Both the position numbers and the translations under genes were made by a program. A stretch of DNA of 61,917 bases, filler included. It is 8 parts of 8 records of this genome, joined end to end, with 100 filler letters (N's around TTAATTAATTAA, not from the genome) between each part and the next. Parts side by side here need not be neighbours in the genome. Positions count along the whole stretch, not along the records: positions 28,924 to 35,175 come from SRR31156797_59709; positions 35,276 to 49,797 come from SRR31156797_59721; 6 more parts are not named here. The stretch is one strand, 5' to 3'. Below, one piece after another: positions 28,924-40,243 of this stretch. Numbering within the stretch: the first letter of the stretch is position 1; the number at the start of each line of letters is the position of its first letter. The notes beneath the pieces were generated by a model, which saw only the letters and a program-made list of their open reading frames with translations, ran no database searches and was not told the DNA's origin.

Positions 28924-31900
28924 GAAATCATCCCTTTTAAGCCCTTCGGCCATGCCGAAGGATTGCAGAAACCGGCGATAGCAATCCCAGGCAAACCACT
29001 CTCTTTCACTCGTTCCCTTGGCCATGCCGGCAACAATGTCTTCGTTTATGCCCACATTCAGAAAAGTAGCCAGCATTCCGGGCTGGGAAATGGAAGCGCC
29101 GCTTCGAACAGATAGGAGAAGGGGCTTGTTCGGATCACCGAAAATCCTGCCGGTCTGGCGTTCCAGTATCCCGACCTGCCTGGCCAGAAGCTCGTGAAAA
29201 TGTTCTTTGGCGGGTTCGTAAGTATCAATAACTTCCTTACAACGGAAAACTTCGGTGGTTATAATGAATCCCGGCGGCACGGGCAGGCCCAGAGCCACCA
29301 TTTTTACCAATCCCAGCCCCTTGGCCCCCAAGTGAATGACATCGGAAATTTCTTCCTTTACCGGCGCCAGTAGAGTGAAAGCCTTATCCGGATCGTAATT
29401 GAGCAGCCGGCGCAGCATGTCCCGGGGCAGTTTCTTATCCTGTTTGAAAATTGAGTTAAGTATCCGGGTTATCAGTTGATCCAACTGTTGGAGTCCCAGG
29501 GAGCCGGCAATGCGGTCCCGCAGAAATATTTCCGTGGCCCTGTGGGTGATGTCCTGAACATCCAACGGACCGGCTCCGGGAAGATATTTTGGCAAAAGCC
29601 TTTTAACCGGGGTTCGGCTTATAATGGACGCAAGCTGGTTATGATGGATGTTGTTGAAATGATCATTGACCAGGTTGCTGACCACTTGTGAAAATCCTCG
29701 GAAGATGTCAATGTATTGAGTAAAGGAAAAACCTCTGATATCAAGTGAATAGGCTAAAAGATCTATCTGTTTCTCCATTTCCCTGGAAAAAATGCCGTCC
29801 AGGCGCAAGGCCCGGTTGAAGAGGCGGACGCAATCAAGAATCCGGACAAAGGTCGCCCTGGTTATAAGCTTCAGATCTATTCCGTCTATCAATTCCTGAA
29901 ACAGGGTGTTGGCCAGGGCTTCAAGCCTGAAGGACAGGCCGAGAGCATCGAATTTCATTTCATGGTAACTGCCGTACATGGAAGGGATATCCACAGCAAT
30001 ATGCCTTTTAATGAATATGTCCTCCCTGACTTCGTATTCATGGTCGGACTGTATAATATCCTTGAGCTGTTCAAGGTATTCCAGGATGCCGACGAGCTTT
30101 GACCTGACGTCTTTTTCAGCCAGTGAATCTTTAAGACGGCCCAGGTTGGGCAGGTCAAGGGAGGACATTTGATCGAGATAACCGTCAAGGCCGACAATAT
30201 CCGTATTATATTTCTGGTATAACATCTGGTATAGATTCTGGGCGAGAAGGAATCTTTGCCGGTCAATATCGTCAATGTCGCCTTGTTCAGGAATCAATTC
30301 GAACAATATTGCATCGGGCAGGGACAACAATTCTCCGGCGTTCTCTATTTCATCTGATTTGTAAAGCCCCTGGATCAGGGCGTGCAGGCCGTCAACATCA
30401 GGCCCTTTTTCGCTGATGCTTTCGAATATATCCGGCGGAACCAGGCCTTGCAGCGGCCCTTTTTCCTTTGTCCGCCAGAATTCAAATATCGCCTCCATGA
30501 GCGTTACTGTCTGGGGACTGCTTTCAACATGAGACTGCTTGCGTAGAAAATGGATGAGCGGATCCCTGCGCCTGACAATTTCGTCCAGTTGAGTGGAAAT
30601 ATCCCGCAATTTTCCCTCCGCCCCTATTTCATTGAAATAAGCTGGAAAAAGACGGCAGAGCTGCTTGACCAAGTTATATACCGGCCCGATGTCCCCATTA
30701 AGAAACCGCGTGATGTCCCTTGGAAATATGTCGGTATCCTTGATGAATACGCCATAAAGGGCCAGATGTATAACCAACGCGGATAATAGTTTTTTAGACC
30801 AGCGGGGATTAAGTTCTATTATCTTCATCCAGGTTCTTATGTTTTGGACGTGGGCTGCATTGACCTTTACTTCCCAATCTTCACCCACCCCGCCCAGGTC
30901 GGGCGTTTGGAATCCCAATTCAACCCCGGACTGGATAAAGAATTCCACCAGGTCGCTGTCGTCGGTTCTATAAACGGCCTGTCCCATATTAAGCAGCAGG
31001 TTCAAGGCCGTGTTTGGATATGTTTCGAAACTTTTTTTGAGTATGCGGAAAGTCTGCTCGATTAATGAACGTATGTTTTTTTCATCCTGGTTGTCGATAA
31101 CGCGGGTCAAGGTCCTGTTTATGTCGCGCAATGCTCTTTCATGAACGGAAGAAAGACCGGAAAGATTCATGATATGAAACAAAAATACGAGAAACCACCG
31201 ATCGCCCGCGCCATTAACTTCTCCGGCCTTGGCCAGTTTCCTGGGCAGGGCCTCATAGAGGCTGACGATATCCCTGAAACCGGTAAGCCCGGTCATATGT
31301 TTGAGCACATCCCGGGCGCCGTCGCCCGAACCGATTTTAATGCGGCCCAGACTGCTTTGGTTTTTTTTCAATTGCTCGTGTGAGACCGCGGTAAAAAGAT
31401 CAACCAGCCCTTTTTTGATCCCATCTTCCTTGCCGTCGGCGCCCACTTCATTCAGGAACCATTTCGCCGGATCCGGTTCGGCCAGCCAATACTTATATGT
31501 GCGATTCAGGTATAGTTTAAGGAGTTTATTGGCGATGGAAAAGTCGGCGCCCGGCTGCGCGATACGGCCGTATTCAAGTATAATCCTGTTAAGGCTGTAA
31601 AAGCTCTTAACTATAAGAAAGAAGGCTTGTCTGTCCAAAGAGATCAATTTTTCAAAGCCATAGTTAATGACCTTGTCGAAGCGACCGATATTATCTTCCG
31701 CTTCAGTGATAATCTGTTCGAGGTAAACCAGCAGGTTGTCCAGGGCGTCGGCCTGAAGCGATTCGTCTCGTGCGGCAGCCGCCCCTTCGAGAAAAATATC
31801 CATAAAGAGCCCGGCCCCTTCCGGCCCTTTGGGATGGTTTTTAAAAAGATTGAAATTATGAAGAGCGAAGCGCCTGGCTTCGACAATGATGTAAGACCAG

Positions 31901-32064
31901 TTTTTGTAAGGGTGACAGACTTCCCTGAGGAGAGAGTTCAGATTTTCCAGCAATCCCTGATAATTGGACGTTATGTCCTGAACAATTACGTATTTCGGAT
32001 CCAGTGTGACTTCACATCGGCTGGCTTCAAGATTTACTTCCAGAGCCTTTGACCAGGTCATCAC
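28924..32064 (-). CDS. Pyruvate phosphate dikinase-like protein with a ~900-aa N-terminal extension, 3'-truncated
   Basis: The PPDK nucleotide-binding domain (LGAKG, LPVPPGFIITTE, PLLLSVRSGA, PGMxxTFLNVG, AWDCYRRFLQ) starts only after residue ~915. Confidence 0.85.
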
Positions 32065-32101
32065 TCCCCCAAACCGTATTTATTGTTTAGTTAATAGTTA
32101 A

Positions 32102-32130
32102 ATAATCCAGCACATAACTTAAACTGTCAA
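32102..32130 (-). promoter_or_regulatory. sigma70-type promoter of the PPDK-like gene
   Basis: Minus strand TTGACA-17 nt-GATTAT. Confidence 0.55.
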
Positions 32131-32147
32131 GGCGGGGGCGATTCGAT

Positions 32148-33602
32148 TCAGGCTGCTTCCGCTTCCTCGCCGTCACGGTATTTTCTTGCAATTTCGATAA
32201 ACTCTCCCTCTATTTCCAGAAACGCGTCAACAATTGCGGGATCAAAATGCTCGCCCCGTTTTTCAAGAATGATTTTTCTCGCTTTTTCGTGAGAAAAAGC
32301 CGGCTTGTAAACCCGCTGGTTAACCAGGGCGTCATATACGTCGGCCAGGGCCATAAGCCGACCCGATTTCGGGATGGCTTCTCCAGCCAATCCCCTGGGG
32401 TAACCGCTGCCGTCCCATTTTTCATGGTGTGAATAAGCAATTTCCCTGGCCAGTCGTAAGAATGAATTGCTGCCAAGTTTTTCTTCCGCAACCAATAATG
32501 CATCCCGCCCCAAGGTGGTATGCGTCTTCATGATTTCAAATTCATCATCGCTTAAACGTGCGGGTTTCAGAAGAATATAATCCGGGATGCCCACTTTGCC
32601 GACGTCGTGCAAAGGCGCCGATTTAAACAACAATTCAATAATTTCTTCCTGCAGATAATCTTTATAATCGGGATGGCTTTTGAGATGTAAGGCCAGCGCC
32701 CTCACATAGCGCTGGGTTCTCAGGATGTGGGCGCCTGTTTCAGGATCCCTTGTTTCAGCCAGTGAGGCCATGGCCAATATGGTTACGTCCTGGGTCTGAA
32801 GCAACTCATCCGTGCGGTTTTTAAGGCATTCGATCATCAGGTTGGTATACTTGGCCATCACTCCGAATTCATCCTTGGTCGCCACGGCGACATGGCTTTC
32901 CAGGTTGCCGTCCGCAACTTCCTTAAGTGCAGAATTTTGGTTTTTTATTATCAATTTCAGATTGGAAGAGTATGAAATAACTATATTTATCAATTCGATG
33001 AGCATTAAGGTCACGATTACTTCAATTTCAATCATTATTTCTTGCACTTTTTTGTTCAGATCGCCTTCAGGGCTGGAAACAATCCATTCCAGATCGACCT
33101 CGACCACCCTTAGAATCATCCAGGTAGTTATGACCGCGGTAATGACGGCCATAAAGGCGAATTTCCTCGTCACCGGCAACAGCCGGTCGTCCAGGGGAAT
33201 TTCACCGTTTGTCGAAGCAATATGGTTTATAACCATTCTTTCCCTTTCAAGAGCCAGGTCGACCGATTCAAAATAACCCAAAACCAGGCATCCGGGCAGA
33301 AAGGCGAGAATATTTTCCAGGGGAAGTTTGTGCTGTAAAAAACTATGGAGTCCCATCAAGAAACCGATAAACAGGTAGAGCGTCAATTCAATAATCAACT
33401 GCCTGCGAACCTGAACTTCAAATTCCGCCTTTTCAACATATCGCCGGATTAAAATTATCCTAACCAGATAGGCGATTAAAAACCATGCAATTAATTTAAG
33501 AGGCAGCCAGAATGAAGCAGCCTCGCTGACCCTGGGCGAGGCTTCGTTTATAAATATCCACATGATAAAAATTGCAGCCAAATAGTGTATTGCCGAGCGC
33601 AT
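32148..33602 (-). CDS. Membrane-bound HAMP plus HD-GYP phosphodiesterase
   Basis: Several TM segments, HAMP (DEFGVMA), RDPETGAH, LHDVGK, HHEKWDGSGYP, DVYDAL. Confidence 0.92.
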   Translation of the reverse strand: MRSAIHYLAAIFIMWIFINEASPRVSEAASFWLPLKLIAWFLIAYLVRIILIRRYVEKAEFEVQVRRQLIIELTLYLFIGFLMGLHSFLQHKLPLENILAFLPGCLVLGYFESVDLALERERMVINHIASTNGEIPLDDRLLPVTRKFAFMAVITAVITTWMILRVVEVDLEWIVSSPEGDLNKKVQEIMIEIEVIVTLMLIELINIVISYSSNLKLIIKNQNSALKEVADGNLESHVAVATKDEFGVMAKYTNLMIECLKNRTDELLQTQDVTILAMASLAETRDPETGAHILRTQRYVRALALHLKSHPDYKDYLQEEIIELLFKSAPLHDVGKVGIPDYILLKPARLSDDEFEIMKTHTTLGRDALLVAEEKLGSNSFLRLAREIAYSHHEKWDGSGYPRGLAGEAIPKSGRLMALADVYDALVNQRVYKPAFSHEKARKIILEKRGEHFDPAIVDAFLEIEGEFIEIARKYRDGEEAEAA

Positions 33603-33888
33603 TGAATAACTCCGGAAAGTATGTAAATTATAATGCCAAGTTAATCGCCCGCGTCGAAATTTGCAAAACCGGCATTAAAAGCGGATAATTGGAAACGTAA
33701 CAATTTTAGTATTTTTACTTGACGTACCGCACCGCGGAACATTATGTCAGAGCATCGAAATAATCATTATTGATTGAATTGGCAGATTATATCACATTGG
33801 TAGTCAAGGGTAGCTTAATTTGGTTAATGTGAACAAAATAAACTGGAAATCAGTTTTATATTTCAACCCGCAGCTTGATAGAACAACA

Positions 33889-35124
33889 ATGAGAGCCAAA
33901 ATGGCGGGTTGGGCCGAAGCGGGCGTGCTTTTCTGCCTGGCAGCGCTGTCCGGATGTCTGCCCTTTGCCGAAATTACAGCTGTGCGGGAAATCAGCCTGA
34001 TCCTGGGCGTCTTTTTCTGGATTATCCGGATGATAATTCTGAAAAAATGGGATGTTATCCGCACGCCGCTCGATTTGCCCCTGGTATTGCTGGCTTTAAC
34101 TGCAATAATATCCTTCTTCACCGCTATTGATCCTCTGTATACGCTTCGCGAGCTTCACATTGAGATGCTTAATTGCATAGTGATTTATTACCTGGCCGTT
34201 AACAATTTGAGAACCGAGGCCAGGGCAAAAGTCGTATTGTGCGCCTTGATTGCCGGCGCCGCGATTATGGATACATACGGCGTCATTAACTATCTGCTTA
34301 GTGATGAAAAGCCCAGGCTGGCCAGTCTGCACGCCAGTGCGCCTCAACTTTGGACCTACCTGATACAGACCGCGCCGTTCCTGATGATAGGTATACTATG
34401 GCTCAAGGGCAAATTCATCCGGTCCTTGTTGATAGTAATCCTGTTGTTGCATGTGGCGTCCCTTTACTTTACGCTGGGCCGGACGGTTATGATCACCCTG
34501 GTATTTGAAATAGCCCTCATTATGTACCTGGTTGGAATTTCATATAAAATACTATTGATCGGAGCATTGGCCGCCTTTTTGGGCGTAGCCGTGTTTTTAC
34601 CTAGGCAAACCTTTGTTTTTGGTGAAAAAAGACCGGATCACCTGTATATCGGCAATGTCGCCATACCGGGCATGAAAGGGACGCGTATGGTGGTATGGCA
34701 AACCGCGATACGACATCTTACCGACCATCCCTTTACCGGCCTCGGTTTTGGCCGAAGAAGTTTTGTCAAGAAATATCCACATGTTATGGAAGCCGAATTT
34801 ACACTATGGCACACCCACAATACTTTTTTGAGCATAGCTGTCGAATTGGGGCTTCAAGGTCTGGTAGTTTTCTGTTTTTTAATCTACCGGATTTTAAGAC
34901 ATTTATGGCCGCGCAAGCCCAGGGGGCCGGATTGGCTTAATAAAGGCATGGCCGGTCCTGTGGCCGCGGCAGCGGCTGTGATGGTTCTGGGCTTCTTTTT
35001 GAGCAATATGACAAACGACTTGTATGTGGATGACACCGCGCTTCTTTTCTGGCTGCTGATCGGTTTTGCCTTTTCTCTAAAACTCCATCCACGTGATGAA
35101 GCCACGGAGCTTAAACCTGAATGA
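33889..35124 (+). CDS. O-antigen ligase (Wzy_C/WaaL) family membrane protein
   Basis: Multi-TM; RMVVW, HPFTGLGFG, HTHNTFLSIAVELGLQG. Start uncertain (33820-33901). Confidence 0.87.
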   Translation: MRAKMAGWAEAGVLFCLAALSGCLPFAEITAVREISLILGVFFWIIRMIILKKWDVIRTPLDLPLVLLALTAIISFFTAIDPLYTLRELHIEMLNCIVIYYLAVNNLRTEARAKVVLCALIAGAAIMDTYGVINYLLSDEKPRLASLHASAPQLWTYLIQTAPFLMIGILWLKGKFIRSLLIVILLLHVASLYFTLGRTVMITLVFEIALIMYLVGISYKILLIGALAAFLGVAVFLPRQTFVFGEKRPDHLYIGNVAIPGMKGTRMVVWQTAIRHLTDHPFTGLGFGRRSFVKKYPHVMEAEFTLWHTHNTFLSIAVELGLQGLVVFCFLIYRILRHLWPRKPRGPDWLNKGMAGPVAAAAAVMVLGFFLSNMTNDLYVDDTALLFWLLIGFAFSLKLHPRDEATELKPE

Positions 35125-35152
35125 AGCTCCCCGCAGCAGGCTACAGGGTATC
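35122..35152. repeat. Degenerate REP/IS200-IS605-end-like palindrome
   Basis: TGAAGCTCCCCGCAGCAGGCTACAGGGTATC, an imperfect hairpin near the contig end. Confidence 0.5.
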
Positions 35153-35175
35153 AAAACGGAAACTTGCCATATAAA

Positions 35176-35275
35176 NNNNNNNNNNNNNNNNNNNNNNNNN
35201 NNNNNNNNNNNNNNNNNNNTTAATTAATTAANNNNNNNNNNNNNNNNNNNNNNNNNNNNNNNNNNNNNNNNNNNN
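35176..35275. other. Artificial contig spacer
   Basis: N run, TTAATTAATTAA, N run. Confidence 0.99.
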
Positions 35276-35291
35276 GGGGGGGGGGGTCGGG

Positions 35292-38200
35292 ATGAAAATA
35301 AAGCAAATATCCATACATGGCTTCAAGTCCTTTCTGGAACGATTGGAAATCACTTTCCCGACCGGCATCAGCGGGGTTGTGGGCCCCAATGGCTGCGGCA
35401 AGAGCAATGTGGTCGATGCCATCAGATGGTGTATGGGAGAACAGAGCCCCAAACAACTCCGGGGCCGCAAAATGGAGGATGTTATCTTCAGCGGTGCCGG
35501 TAACAGCAAACCGCTTGGAATGGCTGAAGTATCGCTCCTTTTTGAAAATGGAACGGGCGACTTCCCACCCGCTTTTGCCGACAACCCGGAATTATCCGTC
35601 ACCCGACGTCTATACAGATCCGGGGAGAGTGAATACCTGCTCAACAATGTTTCGTGCAGGTTAAAGGACATCCAGGAAGTTTTCATGGATACGGGCCTGG
35701 GAAACAAAGCCTATTCCATTATCGGCCAGGGCCAGATCGGAAACATTGTTGAGCAGCGTCCCGAGGAAACCCGCATCATGCTGGAAGAAGCTGCCGGAAT
35801 TACTAAATATAGAAAGAAGGTGGCGTTATCGCAAAGGAAAATCGAGCTTACCGAAACCAACCTGGAACGGGTTAACGATATTTTGATCGAAATCGAAAAA
35901 CAGGTCCGATCACTGAAAAGACAGGCCGGTAAAGCTGAACGTTATAAAGCTCTCAGCCGCGGAATTGAGAATCTGGAATTCAAGTTTTTCGCAAACAGTT
36001 ACCAAAAGCTCATAACCGACGTGGGCCGTAAAATGCACTCCACCGAAGCCCTTATGGATGAAAAGAACAGACTGAATGGAACCCTTTCCCGGCACGAAGC
36101 CAAAATCATCCACATGAACCTGGAACTGGAAGAAGGGGAGGAAGGGCTTTCCGCTTGTCGCAGGATTCACTTTGATTGCCGAGATCGGGTTCAAAAAAGG
36201 GAGGCGGACATACAATCCCTGGAAGGAGACCTCAAAACCCTTGCGCAACTGGCATCCCGTCTCGAAACAGAGCAAGGGGACGTTCGATCAAGAATTGTGG
36301 AACTGGAGAAAAAAAAGGATCACCTGAAAGGGGAAATGATCAGGCTGAAGCGGGAAACCGCCGATCTTGAGCAGGAAGCGCAAATTGAAGAGGAGCGGCT
36401 TAAAACACGAAAACGGCTTTTCAGAGAAATGCGGGGAAACTTTGAAAAGGCAAGGAAAAACATGAGTGTCGGCGAAACCCGCGCTGTGGCGCTTAAACAT
36501 GAAACGGGGTATCTCAACAGGGCATTGGAACAAATTTCCGACAGTCGGTCCAGATTGAAAAATGAACTGACAGAGACCACCGCCAAGGCTGAAAGCATTT
36601 TAAAAACTTCCCAAAGAAAAACCAGGGTCCGTGAAGCGATCATGGAAAAGCTTCAGGAGCTTGAAAACATCATCGGAGAAACGGGTATAAAAACCAAGGA
36701 GCTTGAGCGAATCAAAAAACGTGTTGAGACGGAGACGACAGCGGCGGAATCGGAGTTGAACAGGTGTCGGTCCCGGCTGGCAAGCCTGGAAGGACTCATG
36801 GAAAATTTTGAAGGATACAAAGCGGGGGTTAGAACCATTATGCGGGCCAGGGATTTTGCACCGGGTAATGAGGGTCGTGTTCTGGGGATTCTCGCGGATG
36901 TCATTCGGGTGGACCCTTCATATGAAAAGGCGGTTGAAGCCGTTCTGGCCGATAAGCTGCAATATGTGATCACCATGACAAAAGACGACGCCGCGGCCGC
37001 GGTTCGCTATCTCAAGGAAAAATCCAGGGGAATCGGAAGTTTTGCCCCCTTAGAGGATCTTATTTATTCCCGCAAAGAGAGCAAAACCGATTCAAAATTT
37101 ATACCCTTGCTCAATTTTGTTACCACATCAAAGGAAATTGAACCGCTCATCAAGGACCTTTTGAACAACACCGTTTTGGTCGATGATGTGCCGACGGCCC
37201 TGACCGCGTTGGGAAAACATGGCGGCACATTTTGCTTTGTCACCCCTGAAGGAGATGTGTTGGATCAGCGGGGCGTCATCACGGGCGGTCGGCTTTCCCA
37301 TACCTCAAGGGGTCTTCTGGCCAGAAAAAGGGAAATCGTCGATCTAAAAAAAGAAGTCACGGATAACAAACGAAAATTTGAAACCTTTAGTTTTCAACTG
37401 GAAGAGATTCGCGCTGAAATTGAAGAAAATCAAAGCGCCCTTCAGCGGTTGACCGATGAAAAATGGTCCTGCCGGGACGACATGAGCGATGTTGATAAAA
37501 TACTGTTTCGCCTGGGCCAGGAACTGGACCAGTCTCAAAAACTTTCCCGCAAAATTCAAGACGACCTTAAAGAAAAGGAAATAGACCAAAACAGGCAACG
37601 GCAAAAATTGAAAGCGTTGCAGTCAACACTTCACGAAAGCCGGGAAAAACAAGCCCGTGAAGCGGCTTATTTCCACGAAAAAGAGGTGGAACTCAAAGAG
37701 GCTGAAACAGAATTGGAGCATACCCGGGAAAAGGCTTCAAAGCTCAGGGAGAATTGTCGTCTCCGCGAGGAATCTCAGCGGGGCGTGGCCCGTGAAATGG
37801 ATATGGTGGATAATTACCTGGATGACTCTCTGGAGAGGCTTGCGGCCGTTTTGAAAGATACAGAGAGCGGACAGCACCGGCATCGGGCCTGTGAAACGAA
37901 AAGAAATACCCTTAAAGAATCCCTCAAGAGCCTTTATCGGGAATTACAAGAGGCGGAAGAGGACATGAACCGCAGGGAATCCGATTACCGCACCCGAAAG
38001 GAGGCCGTCCGGGAAGAAGAGCACAGGGTTGGGGAAGTGAAAACTCACATTGATCGTCTCACCGAGGAGATCAACACCAGCAAAATGGCCCAGTCGGAAA
38101 TCCGATTCAGAATCGACAACCTTTTGGAACGGGTCAAGGAAAATTTCGGTGTCGACATGAGGGCGATTTACAAACAATTCCTGCAGGATGACTTCGATGA

Positions 38201-38870
38201 AAAGCAGGCGAAGGAAGAAATTGAAAAACAGAAAGAGAAACGGAAAAATATGGGAGAAGTGAACCTGACAGCCATAAAGGAATATGAGGCACTCAAGGAA
38301 CGCCGTGATTTTATTCTGGGGCAGCGCCAGGATCTGTTGAATTCCATGGAATCCCTGAAGACCGCCATCAAAAAAATAAACCGGACATCCCTGGAAAAGT
38401 TCAACCGGACCTTTCAGGCGGTGGATCAGAAACTCAAAGAAATCTTCCCAATCCTATTCAGCGGCGGCACGGCCGGGCTCAAGCTGACGGATGAACAAAA
38501 ACCCCTTGAAAGTGGCATCCTGGTTGAGGTACAACCTCCCGGAAAACGGTTGAGCCATATGGGCCTTCTTTCGGGTGGTGAAAAAGCCTTGGTGGCAATG
38601 GCCCTTATTTTTGCCATTTACATGATCAAGCCGAGCCCCTTCTGTCTCCTGGACGAAGTGGATGCACCCCTGGACGAAGCCAATATCGATCGATTCAATG
38701 ACCTGTTAAACAAAATAAAAAGGGAATCCCAAATTATCATGGTAACCCACAGCCGAAAAACCATGGCCATCACCGATTGTCTTTTCGGTATCACAATGGA
38801 GCACAAAGGTGTATCAAAGCTTGTATCCGTTGATATTCAGCGCCTGCACGAACAGTTTTCCGCCAACTGA
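35292..38870 (+). CDS. smc: Chromosome segregation protein SMC
   Basis: GFKSF, GPNGCGKSN, coiled coils, hinge (GVITGG), LSGGE, LDEVDAPLD; 1192 aa. Confidence 0.98.
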   Translation: MKIKQISIHGFKSFLERLEITFPTGISGVVGPNGCGKSNVVDAIRWCMGEQSPKQLRGRKMEDVIFSGAGNSKPLGMAEVSLLFENGTGDFPPAFADNPELSVTRRLYRSGESEYLLNNVSCRLKDIQEVFMDTGLGNKAYSIIGQGQIGNIVEQRPEETRIMLEEAAGITKYRKKVALSQRKIELTETNLERVNDILIEIEKQVRSLKRQAGKAERYKALSRGIENLEFKFFANSYQKLITDVGRKMHSTEALMDEKNRLNGTLSRHEAKIIHMNLELEEGEEGLSACRRIHFDCRDRVQKREADIQSLEGDLKTLAQLASRLETEQGDVRSRIVELEKKKDHLKGEMIRLKRETADLEQEAQIEEERLKTRKRLFREMRGNFEKARKNMSVGETRAVALKHETGYLNRALEQISDSRSRLKNELTETTAKAESILKTSQRKTRVREAIMEKLQELENIIGETGIKTKELERIKKRVETETTAAESELNRCRSRLASLEGLMENFEGYKAGVRTIMRARDFAPGNEGRVLGILADVIRVDPSYEKAVEAVLADKLQYVITMTKDDAAAAVRYLKEKSRGIGSFAPLEDLIYSRKESKTDSKFIPLLNFVTTSKEIEPLIKDLLNNTVLVDDVPTALTALGKHGGTFCFVTPEGDVLDQRGVITGGRLSHTSRGLLARKREIVDLKKEVTDNKRKFETFSFQLEEIRAEIEENQSALQRLTDEKWSCRDDMSDVDKILFRLGQELDQSQKLSRKIQDDLKEKEIDQNRQRQKLKALQSTLHESREKQAREAAYFHEKEVELKEAETELEHTREKASKLRENCRLREESQRGVAREMDMVDNYLDDSLERLAAVLKDTESGQHRHRACETKRNTLKESLKSLYRELQEAEEDMNRRESDYRTRKEAVREEEHRVGEVKTHIDRLTEEINTSKMAQSEIRFRIDNLLERVKENFGVDMRAIYKQFLQDDFDEKQAKEEIEKQKEKRKNMGEVNLTAIKEYEALKERRDFILGQRQDLLNSMESLKTAIKKINRTSLEKFNRTFQAVDQKLKEIFPILFSGGTAGLKLTDEQKPLESGILVEVQPPGKRLSHMGLLSGGEKALVAMALIFAIYMIKPSPFCLLDEVDAPLDEANIDRFNDLLNKIKRESQIIMVTHSRKTMAITDCLFGITMEHKGVSKLVSVDIQRLHEQFSAN

Positions 38871-38920
38871 AAACCAAAATACGATTCCCAAATCCTAACC
38901 CTGAGCAAGGAACAACCATA

Positions 38921-39961
38921 ATGGCTATTTTTAGAAAGAAAAAACATGAAAAGGACCCAACCGTCACCCCGGTGGAAACACCACAAAACCCTGATCCCAC
39001 CGTGGACAATGATGTGCAGAATGAAGACACACCTGAAAACCGACGGGAGGGTGTTTTTAAAAGGCTTCGTCACGGCCTTACCAAAACCAGAACCTCTTTC
39101 ACAGGCCGGATTGACACCCTTTTTGCGGGTAAAAAAGAAATTACTGAAAGCTTAATGGATGAACTTGAGGAAATTCTTTTTACATCCGATATCGGTGTAG
39201 GCACGACCCAGACCCTGCTGGATGCCGTCCAGGAAAAGGTAACGCGGAAGGAGCTGAAAGACCCCCGGAAGCTCAAGGAGATGTTGAGAAACCATATCCT
39301 CTCTCTGCTGGATCAGGAACCCGTTGAACATGCACTGCCAAAACCGGGAGACCCCATGGTCATTATGGTTGCCGGGGTAAACGGCGTCGGGAAGACCACC
39401 ACCATCGGCAAGATAGCGAACCGTTTCAGGCACGAAGGAAAAACCGTCATGCTGGTTGCCGCGGACACTTTCAGGGCCGCAGCCGTGGAACAGCTGACCA
39501 TCTGGGGGGAACGGGTGGGCGCCACGGTCATCCGGCAGGGCACGGGTGCGGATCCATCCGCCGTTGCTTTCGACGCCATGACCGCGGCAATTTCCAGGAA
39601 TATGGATGTGGTCCTGGTGGACACGGCCGGAAGGCTGCATACCCAGATCAACCTCATGGAGGAACTCCAGAAAGTGCACCGGGTCATCGGTCGAAAGCTT
39701 CCGGGAGCACCCCATGAGGTATGGCTTGTTCTCGATGCCACAACGGGACAAAACGCCATCTCACAGGCCGAAGCCTTTCAGGAAGCATTGGGATTGACGG
39801 GCATTGTCCTGACCAAACTGGACGGCACCGCAAAGGGGGGCATTGTGATCGGAATCTCCAGCCAGCTTCAAATTCCCATCCGCTTCATCGGCATTGGAGA
39901 GCAGATGGACGATCTCAGGGTTTTTAAGCCCCGGGAATTTGTGCGGGCCATCTTCGATTAG
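38921..39961 (+). CDS. ftsY: Signal recognition particle receptor
   Basis: GVNGVGKTTT, DTFRAAA, DTAGR, TKLDGTAKGG. Confidence 0.98.
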   Translation: MAIFRKKKHEKDPTVTPVETPQNPDPTVDNDVQNEDTPENRREGVFKRLRHGLTKTRTSFTGRIDTLFAGKKEITESLMDELEEILFTSDIGVGTTQTLLDAVQEKVTRKELKDPRKLKEMLRNHILSLLDQEPVEHALPKPGDPMVIMVAGVNGVGKTTTIGKIANRFRHEGKTVMLVAADTFRAAAVEQLTIWGERVGATVIRQGTGADPSAVAFDAMTAAISRNMDVVLVDTAGRLHTQINLMEELQKVHRVIGRKLPGAPHEVWLVLDATTGQNAISQAEAFQEALGLTGIVLTKLDGTAKGGIVIGISSQLQIPIRFIGIGEQMDDLRVFKPREFVRAIFD

Positions 39962-39974
39962 TGAGACAAAGGAT

Positions 39975-40022
39975 TGCCTCATTATGAGATAGATTTCAAA
40001 GGTCCAGTCTCAGCATAAGACA
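39975..40022. promoter_or_regulatory. Two palindromic enhancer (UAS)-like sites, consensus TGTCTCA-N3-TGAGACA
   Basis: TGCCTCA-TTA-TGAGATA at 39975 and AGTCTCA-GCA-TAAGACA at 40006, 31 bp apart; extra half-site TGAGACA at 39962. Confidence 0.6.
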
Positions 40023-40120
40023 TGCTTCGCCATAACGCGATCCCCACAAACACTATTGATACGCATTTTTCATTAGTATATTCATATTGTTATATAAATT
40101 CGACACAACTTGCCCCAACC

Positions 40121-40137
40121 TCGGCACGCCCCTTGCT
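40121..40137 (+). promoter_or_regulatory. sigma54 (-24/-12) promoter
   Basis: CGGCACG-CCCC-TTGCT against the consensus TGGCACG-N4-TTGCW; GG at 40123 and GC at 40135 have the exact spacing. Confidence 0.7.
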
Positions 40138-40243
40138 TTATATAACATTCAAATGCATTGTGAAGTTTCGATACGGAGCAACCCGGGAGCTCCCTTTAAC
40201 CATGTCTTGAAATAATAACCAAAGGTTTTAGGGGAGATGACTA

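Noticed and set aside
35276-35286. Poly-G tract before smc as a phase-variation switch
   Set aside because: It sits at a contig end before an essential-type gene; more likely an assembly break at a homopolymer.
40022-40210. 62-aa ORF in the ftsY-arsA gap
   Set aside because: No RBS, and it runs through the sigma54 promoter elements, which explain the sequence better.
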